Position numbers and translations under genes: made by a program
Part shown: piece after piece, positions 53,512 to 64,000 of the stretch
Numbering within the stretch: the stretch's first letter is position 1
How the letters are laid out: each line of letters starts with the position of its first letter
NCBI RefSeq assembly: GCF_009914755.1
Contig: NC_060942.1
From: the human T2T-CHM13v2.0 reference genome, Homo sapiens
Direction: 5' to 3' (one strand)
Length of the DNA: 64,000 bases
The notes under the pieces: generated by a model
Seen by the model: the letters and a program-made list of their open reading frames with translations, nothing else
Database searches by the model: none
Told to the model about the DNA's origin: nothing

Positions 53512-53827
<316 letters not shown>

Positions 53828-54284
53828 CAAACCTTCATTCTTAGTGATACAAGCAAAGAGTTTATGGGAGAAAACTATTGTCAAACAAAACATAGTAACA
53901 GTTAAAAAGGAAGCAGGAAAATAAGTCTGACTAACTTCTTCCAAACTGTGGTATTGTTCCCACAGGGAGGAGTTCAGAATGGAACTTTTGGATTCTAATT
54001 GTCATTGTTTTGCTTGCAAGTAAGGCCTACTCATACTGTGAGATTATTGGTCTTTTGCATTTATTCTTCTGCTTATATCTCTACTAATTAAAAAGTAATT
54101 TGTGAAAAGTACAGAGCAAATTGTGTCCCCATGGGGTTGCAGCAATCGCCTTTTCTGGTGTCTGCTCAGCCTGTGGGGACACATTTTTCTCTGCTACCAG
54201 CCTCACAGGTACCCTCACCTGTGTGTGTGTTCCAATGTCCATGGGCTGCTGGTCACAGCCATCTGGATTAAGGGTTTACAACTG

Positions 54285-54520
54285 GGCTGGGCACGGTGGC
54301 TCACACCTGTAATCCCAGCACTCTGGGAGGCTGAGGCAGGCTGATCACCTGAGGCCAGGAATTCGAGACCAGTCCGGCTAACATGGCGAAACGCCATCTC
54401 TACTAAAAATACAAAAATTAGTCAGGTGTGGTAGAGAGCGCCTGTAATCCCAGCTACTGGGGAGGCTGAGGTAGGAGTATCGCTTGAATTTGGGAGGTGG
54501 AGGTTGTAGTGAGCTGACAC
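54285..54520 (+). mobile_element. AluS, 3'-truncated
   Basis: Ends within the right arm at 'gttgtagtgagctga'; no tail. Confidence 0.85.
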
Positions 54521-54821
54521 CAAAACTGGACAAATTGGGCCACTAAGAGTCTGTGTCACATGAGGACTTTTGTTTATGGCTGGGACTGAGGACCTATGAA
54601 GCCAGAAGCAGTTACGTGCAGGGAGAAGGGAGAAAGGGCCTGAAAGAGGAAAGAAGGAAGCAATGGTAAGGCCAAGAAATGAGTGGGGGATACTCTGTGA
54701 AAATCTCAGGGCAGCTCCGAGAGTGAAAGGCTTATTCCTTCATCTCCCGTGGCCTCGAGTGGTTTCCCTTTCTCCTGATGTCCTCCTGTCCTTGGAGTTT
54801 GACATACCCCTGTTTTCTTCT

Positions 54822-54822
<1 letters not shown>

Positions 54823-54856
<34 letters not shown>

Positions 54857-54972
54857 CTAGCTTTGTCATAAGCTAGCTTGACTGAGTTACATGCAGCCAA
54901 AAGGAAACTTGAAGAGGATTTTGCACATTTTTTCCAATTGGTTTGCCTTTGTTGGCGGTGCTTTTATCCTGA

Positions 54973-55007
<35 letters not shown>
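54823..55007. repeat. T34 (54823-54856) and A33 (54975-55007) homopolymers flanking a 118-bp core
   Basis: Seen directly. Confidence 0.95.
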
Positions 55008-55009
<2 letters not shown>

Positions 55010-57052
55010 AACTTGAATAAAGTCCAATTTAGCTTCCATTTCCTTTATAAATAAAACCAAGTTTTGGCATTGGTTTTTTTGTTTGTTTGTTTGTTTGTTC
55101 AGATAGCCATTTGCACCTCAAGATTATGTAAATATTCACCTGTATTTTGGGGTTTTAAGTTTTTGTTTTTCTTCTTTTATTATTTTTCCTTTCCTTCGGT
55201 TCTTATGTGGTTTTGATTTTTACATTAAAATCTCAAATCAGTCAGAAATTTATTTTAGTATAAAGCATGTGGTATGAGGAACAGATCAGCCTTTACTTTT
55301 TTCCATTGGTAAAGAAAAAGAAGCACGAATTTTAAAAAGGGGTCCAGAAGCACTGTTTGGTATCTAGACTAGGTCCCAATTCCTTTATAACTGCACTTTT
55401 GATTCCTAAAAACCTTGAATCAATCATTCTTCTGAAATTAGTCCTTTGCTGTTGGCTTGCTCTGTCTTCATGGATTACTGGACATGAAAAAAAGGAAGAG
55501 TGATTGATTTCCTTCTGAGAGTTTGTTCCATGAATATTGGTACCCTGGGAGTGGAGCCTATAGTGTTTACACTCCTTTCCATATAGATAAATGTCTCCTA
55601 GTCTCTCATGCCTGAATAAATTCACTATAATCAGCTTTTTTCCTTTATTATATTCCTGGCATATATTTCAATAAAGACTGTTTCTCTAGAGAATAACTAA
55701 ACTAAGGACATTGTGTTCCATTTCTATGATGAGATATGTATTTTCCAAACAAAAGTCAAATCCTTCATTTCAAAGGGTTACAGGGATGGTACTTATAAAA
55801 CATTCCAGCTGATTAAATAAAGGGCACTGAGAAGTCAGCTGAAGCTATTAGCTGGCTCTGAACCCATAGCATGTTCACTCGATTGCGAATTGGACAAACT
55901 TTTGCTCATTTGAAGCCCTTGCTTTTCATCACTTTGTTCTAAAAGAGGAAAATACATTAACAGTCATGTTGGCCATGACTATCCAATCTGCCAAACTTGA
56001 GGTGCACAATCCCATTGAAGGTAGCACCATCTTTATTAACACATTTTCAACCACATATATGGTGGGCTGTCTGTGCTACTTTGCCTCTAATCTATAGGTC
56101 TCTCTGTGAATGTTTTGCCTTGGTTAGAATCTCATTTAGCTCTTGTTCCACCCCTTTGTGTACACTTCTCTTTCTACCTCCTTCCTCTGGCTGCTTCCAT
56201 TGACCACAATGTAGAAGGAAAATGCAATGCATGCTTTTCTATTGCATTTATAATTACTAAGTAGTGATCCCTGTTACAGTTTTTAAAGTTGAAATGCAGA
56301 TACTTGAAACATTTTCTATTTCTAGATTGAAAAGATAATCAGATTGTTTAAACTGACAATGACTCAATGCTGATACTGGGCATGCTTCATTGTTTTGTTT
56401 TGTTGTTTTTGTTTTTAAATCCCAAAGCCGTGGATCATGGATGGATTCTGGACAAAGTAAATAAATTGTTCCTATTTTATTCCTCCTGCTTTCCATTAAA
56501 GACTGCTGTGACCCTCCTCTTCTCTCTCCTCCCCACCAGTCCACAGCCCTCGACCTGCTGCCCAGATCCCATGTTGCTTCCTACTCACCAAGAGCTGCCC
56601 ACCCTTGTTTTTCTCTTGTTTCCTGTGGCACCACAACACCAATTGCATAGTCCACCCCCATTCATGCTGTTGATCTTTGCAGCCTCACTCCTAGTAGACG
56701 GCGCACTTCTCTTCTCTCTTACCTACACCCTAAGACTCAAAGCAGGCACTGTTCACAGGATCAGTCTTCCAAAGCAGGGAGCTGCTGGCAGCTTGTAGAC
56801 GCTGGTTGAAACCCTAACCCCTTCCCAGGCTTGTACTCAGGCCAGCACATCACCAGGCAAGATCTCAAGGACTCATAGCCAACATGGTGGCAGATGTTGT
56901 TAATACTTTCACTTGTCCATTGATTGATAGGCTTTTGAATTTGTTGGCTGCAGAGCAGATATGCCACTATCCTGGAATAAAAATCATACTTAATTTTCCT
57001 TTGTTAAAAGAATCTGTAAAAATTCTGTTAAATGTTTTGAAAATGCAAAAGT

Positions 57053-57165
57053 GGGCCAGGTATAATCCCAACACTCTGAGAGGCAGAAGCAAGAGCATCA
57101 CTTGGGGCCAGGAGTTCGAGACCAGCCTGAGCAACATAGTGAGACACCATCTCTATTTTAAAAAT
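57053..57165 (+). mobile_element. FLAM/AluJ left monomer
   Basis: 'ggccaggagttcgagaccagcctgagcaacatagtgagac'. Confidence 0.8.
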
Positions 57166-58372
57166 TAATATGAAATATTTTTAAAAAGCAAAAACATTAA
57201 GAAATCTGACTAAGAGAAAAACAAGAAGGCAAAAAATATTATGCCAAAGGAGCTACAGGAGAGAGAAGGTAGCAAGATGGCCTGCAACCTCGGCCATCAT
57301 TTGAATTCCTCATTAGTGATATGGCCCCCAGGTGCCAAATGTTTGTGGGTGTTTTATCTGTTTCATTTTTAATTTTCTCTAAAAAATTTATTTATGGTTC
57401 AATGAATAAAAAGTTTGTGTTATTTATGGAGGATGAATATAACCTCAAATATCCATACATTCTAAGAGCAATGATGAACCATAAAAGAAAAGGAGATTAT
57501 GGGGTAAGGAAAGGACTCAGGTTGATTTGGAGACGCCTGCAACCTGGCTTGGAGGAAGAAGATAGCAAAGAAAGCTGAAGAACAAGACAAAAGTGGCAGA
57601 CAATGATGATGGCTTAATTTTACCATTAGAAGATATATATTTTCTTTTGAATTTATAAAGTTTTATAAATTATTAAGACCATATAGTAGCTAATAATAGA
57701 TTAAAAGTAGAAACTCAATAATTATTTATTGAATCAATAGAAAAAAATGTATCAATGCTGTCTTCTGAGCCAAAAAGAAAAAAGAAAAAATGTATATCTT
57801 CAATAACATAATTGTTTGCCAAATTTAAACCTCATCAACTTGGACTAGTTAGATTAGCTGAATTGAAGCTGTATATGGAAAATAAAAGACAGATCGCTGG
57901 ATGGGATTGTACTATAGGTGTCATGAAATCTCGACTTAGTTTAAAATTACTGGGGTAGGCAATAGGATATGTGGTTGTGTAAATTCACAGGACTGACCTC
58001 TTGGACTTGGCTGAGTTTTTTAAGAATAGGGTCTATACAGAGCCAAGGTAGACATAAAATTGAGGCCTAATCTATACTGGTAGAATTTATGCTAAAAACG
58101 ATGATTAAGGGAGATCAGTCTGACTGTCAATGTACAAGACAGATTAAAAGGAAAGATTGCAAAGGTAGGCAGACCACCTAGAAACATGGTGCAGTGACCC
58201 CCAGTGTGGGATAAGAATGTGTATTGGCAACAGCAAGGGACAGGTAGGTTCACAACAGAATGGGGAATTAATAGAATTTAGTTCCATATTGGGCCAGAGA
58301 AAGAAAACGATATATAGAAGGCAATTCCTAGGTAGGGTGGTAAGGCAGTGTGGAGTAGTGGTTAGAAGTTCA

Positions 58373-58691
<319 letters not shown>

Positions 58692-59485
58692 TTAAATCCA
58701 GGCAAACTAAGGTTTGAATCCCACATCTACTACTTACCATCTATATGACTTTGGGAAAGATGTTTAATCTCTCCAAGCCTAGTTACTTATGTACAATAGC
58801 AGTTATGAGAAATAAATGAATGATTAATGCATGTAGTGTTGTAGTGTTTATTATTGTGCCTGGAAGGACATGCATACTCATCGAAGGTTAGTTATCATCA
58901 TTTTCCCTCTCCTCCACTTACCTATCGAAGATTGTCCAAAAGGAAGATGGTGCTTTCTTCCCATAGCAAAGTGACCATTCGCCATCCAAATAGTCTAAGC
59001 CAAAAAGAATGTAAGTGTGTTTCAGTGGTTACTTTGGTCGCAGCCACTGGTCATGAAATCTCTCATGCAGATAAGTCAGGCTGACCTAGCTGACATATAA
59101 TAATCATTGTTGACAAGAATGATACTAGGTTCGTGTCATAGCATGATTTATTTGTACGTAGTGGGAAACTGTAACTGCCAAATTGCTTTCTTTTTGGAAG
59201 CCAAAGATGAAAACCTTAAATTCACCTCCTCATATTCAGGAAAAAACAAAACAAATCCAACAGTAAAACAATTGTTGGGGGTTGAAGTTGATCAACATTG
59301 TTATTGTTATCAAGGATCCTGGCATAAGTGCACTAGATCACGTTGCCAGCAGTGGCAAGTAACAATACTTTTTCAAGAGTCTAGATTGATACCTACATTG
59401 GCATTTCCTTAAAAATCCTTCGCTATTCCCAGCACTGACCAAAGTGCATGTTTTCCCTTTGTTTAATACTGATACCACCTCCAAT

Positions 59486-59507
59486 CTCACACATACATAC
59501 ATCCATG

Positions 59508-59545
<38 letters not shown>
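59486..59545 (+). repeat. (CATA)/(CA)n microsatellite
   Basis: Seen directly. Confidence 0.95.
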
Positions 59546-59550
<5 letters not shown>

Positions 59551-59947
59551 ACTGCTCCTGATGTAAAAAAATATATAGCTCTGTCCGTTTGTGAAATTTT
59601 GCCTCCTGTTTTTGATTAACTGAAAGGGGTCAAGACAAAGTTTTGATAAATGGCAGAAGGCAGATCATGCAGAAATGTGTTATTCTGGCCAAGGAATGGC
59701 CTCAATTTGAGAATGTAAGATAAGAAACAGGAAATGAAAAAAACAGAATAAAAATCTCCCCCAATTGTAGAGTGCATTAATTGTCAATAACTTTCTGGAG
59801 ATCATTTCTCTTTCAACAAACAGGAATAGGCTCTTGGTGACTTCCTAGCTGGTTGGGTATTGCTTTTTATGTGATACATGACCAAGATCCACACAAATTG
59901 GGAACAAAGCTAAATGAGCTATATTTTCCTGGTGACTGGCAATTCAT

Positions 59948-60092
59948 TTTCTTTCCTTCCTTATTCCTTTCTTCTTTCTTTCCCCCTTCCTTCCTTCCTT
60001 TTCCTTTTCTTCCCTTCCCCTTCCCTTCCCTCCCTCCTTCCTTTCCTCTCTTCCTTTCTTCCTTCCTTCCTTTCTCCCTCTTTCTTCTCCTT
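59948..60092 (+). repeat. Polypyrimidine (TTCC/TTTC)n low-complexity tract
   Basis: About 145 bp of almost pure C/T, contiguous with the Alu tail. Confidence 0.92.
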
Positions 60093-60096
60093 AATT

Positions 60097-60392
60097 TCTT
60101 TTTTTTGAGATGGAGTCTCACTCTGTCACCCAAGCTGGAGTGCAGTGGCACAATCATGGCTAAATGCAACCTTCACCTCCCAGGCTCAAGCAATTCTCAT
60201 GCCTCTCCTGAGTAGCTGGGACTACAGGCGCTCACCACCTTGCCAGGCTATTTATTTTTTCTTTTTCATTTTAGTAGAGACAGGGTTTCACCCTGTTGCC
60301 CAGGGTGGTCTCGAACTCCTGAGCTCAGGCAATCTGCCCGCCTCAGCCTCCCAAAGTGCTAGGATTACAGACGTGAGCCACCATGCCTGACT
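60097..60392 (-). mobile_element. Alu (J/S)
   Basis: Reverse dimer. Confidence 0.9.
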
Positions 60393-60674
60393 CTTCTCTT
60401 TAAATCAATAGAATGTTTAGATCTCCACAGAGAATAATTTGTCAATTACATTCTTTTATTTATGCATTTATGTACTCAACATTTATTTTAAAATGCCTAT
60501 TACATTTTAGATGACTAAAACACAATTTTCTTTTTCTCTCTTTCTGTTTTCCTTATGAGTAAGGGATATAGAGAGAAAGGACCATAGAAGTGTAACTACT
60601 TGAAGAAATGAATGTTATAATAAAGTTAGCAGGAATCCCCTGGGAAGCCCCATATTTCACTTTAGTAAGGCAAC

Positions 60675-60800
60675 TTTTAATACTGGTTGCCCTGGACAGC
60701 TCTAGCACATGCTTATAGCCCTGGGATAATGATTAATAGGGCTCCCAGTCAATCCCCAAGAGTGTCCCAGTTTGGACAATAAATTGTATAGTTTTCATAT
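60675..60800. mobile_element. MER81-like hAT-Blackjack MITE (a second fragment lies at ~26900-26980)
   Basis: 'gagtgtcccagtttggacaataaatt' and 'aattatgccaggacaataggtgcaaaccaggacagtcctgggcaaa'. Confidence 0.55.
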
Positions 60801-61445
60801 ATAATTTCAATTTGGAAAATCTAGGATCTATGTTAGGGCAAACATTTTCTACGCTTCATGTCTCCCACAGGTAAGAGTGTTTCCATGCCACACCTCAGAT
60901 GAAAAAGTATGAGAGAAATTTACTCCTGACTTCTCTCTGCCCAACTTCTTCAAATGGGAAGAGCACTGACTGATCGGATTGCCAGCATTGGGACGAGGAA
61001 CTGAGCATGCTCAGCTTTGCCTTTTCTGGGTTTTTCTCATGTAGCTCTGGCTGCCAACACCTACGGTACACTCTGGTCTGCTGGTCACTATGTGGAGCCT
61101 ATGGTTGTCCTTCTTTTTGAGTGCCTGGTTGGATAAATCTGACCAATTTGTCTAGGGGCAGATATTGATAAGCCCATTAGGCTTCAGATCTGACATTGCA
61201 TTTTTCAATCAGCTTGATCAGTAACCTATAGACATTTTGATCTTCATTTGTTCGCCTCCTATGTCTCCTCATTTGGTTCCATATTTGGGTGGAAATGTTT
61301 ACTGAACTCCAAACCTCCATGTCTTGGTGGTTTGGCTAGGAAACTGAAAAAGAGGTACAAGAATTGACCTTGGGGATCAAAATAAAATGTGGAGATTGAT
61401 GCTTCTAGTCTGATAAGGGCCAGAAGAATACATTTAAGTAGTTAA

Positions 61446-61750
<305 letters not shown>

Positions 61751-62329
61751 TTAGCTTTAGTGTGAGGGGCTGAAGCTTGTCTTAAACTACAGAGATACAG
61801 CTTGATCTACTATTGTAGATGGGTTAAGGCAAGAATTACTTAATCAAAAGGTTTTTGAACCCAATAAAGGCTCACTGGAAAACAGGCAGAGCATCAGTAT
61901 AATATATTTTAGACCTTCTGCCAAGATGGTGTAGTAAAGTTTACTCTCCACTGTGTGGTGAGTTTTTTAGGCATGCTTTGCCTGTTCAGAGAAGACCTGA
62001 AATTTCTTTCAGTAGGGATGTGAATGAATGAATTAAGGGAGATAGCTAAAGCCATATTATCTTATGAACATCACCAGAAATAAATCTCTTATTGTTATCT
62101 GCATTTGTATGCCTCTATTGATTTAAGGTCAGAATAAATAAATATCATTTATTGATTCTCCTTTTTCATTCTTAATAATCCAGTCATCCAAATAGATACA
62201 CCGAAAGTCTATCATTTCTAGGACAAAAAGAATTAATTGTAGGATTAAAAAGATTCATTGAAAAGTGCCTTCCATCACACAGAGTTTCTCAGTGTCTCAC
62301 TAATTATGAAAGAACAGATGAAGGTCACT

Positions 62330-64000
<1,671 letters not shown>

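Noticed and set aside
56367-56798. 143-aa hydrophobic ORF
   Set aside because: Hydrophobicity comes from T/C-rich low-complexity DNA; no recognisable family

Overview
This is primate, almost certainly human, repeat-rich intergenic DNA. I see no convincing spliced protein-coding gene, rRNA, tRNA or CRISPR array. The window contains: (1) a full-length processed RPS26 pseudogene with an uninterrupted 115-codon ORF, poly(A) and TSDs (~10.2-10.65 kb, +); (2) a full-length but disabled L1PA6-like LINE-1 (20.0-26.1 kb, +) abutting an Alu tail; (3) a 5'-truncated processed GLUD1 pseudogene (27.2-29.2 kb, +) carrying an AluY in its 3' UTR; (4) a CpG-rich LTR12C/ERV9 solo LTR (38.3-39.7 kb, -) inside an AluJ; (5) an old two-LTR MLT1 (MaLR) element with nested LTRs (14.2-17.4 kb); (6) about 40 Alus, plus HAL1, old L1, L2, MIR and DNA-transposon fragments and microsatellites; and (7) a possible 3'UTR-only retrocopy at ~51.2-53.9 kb (-) whose parent I cannot identify. 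From memory, an RPS26P and a GLUD1P about 17 kb apart fit 18q21.32 between CCBE1 and PMAIP1; this is unverified. Most other ORFs in the track are repeat-derived or chance. I found no evidence of a new multi-gene system. Repeat subfamily names come from recalled consensus motifs and repeat boundaries are approximate.
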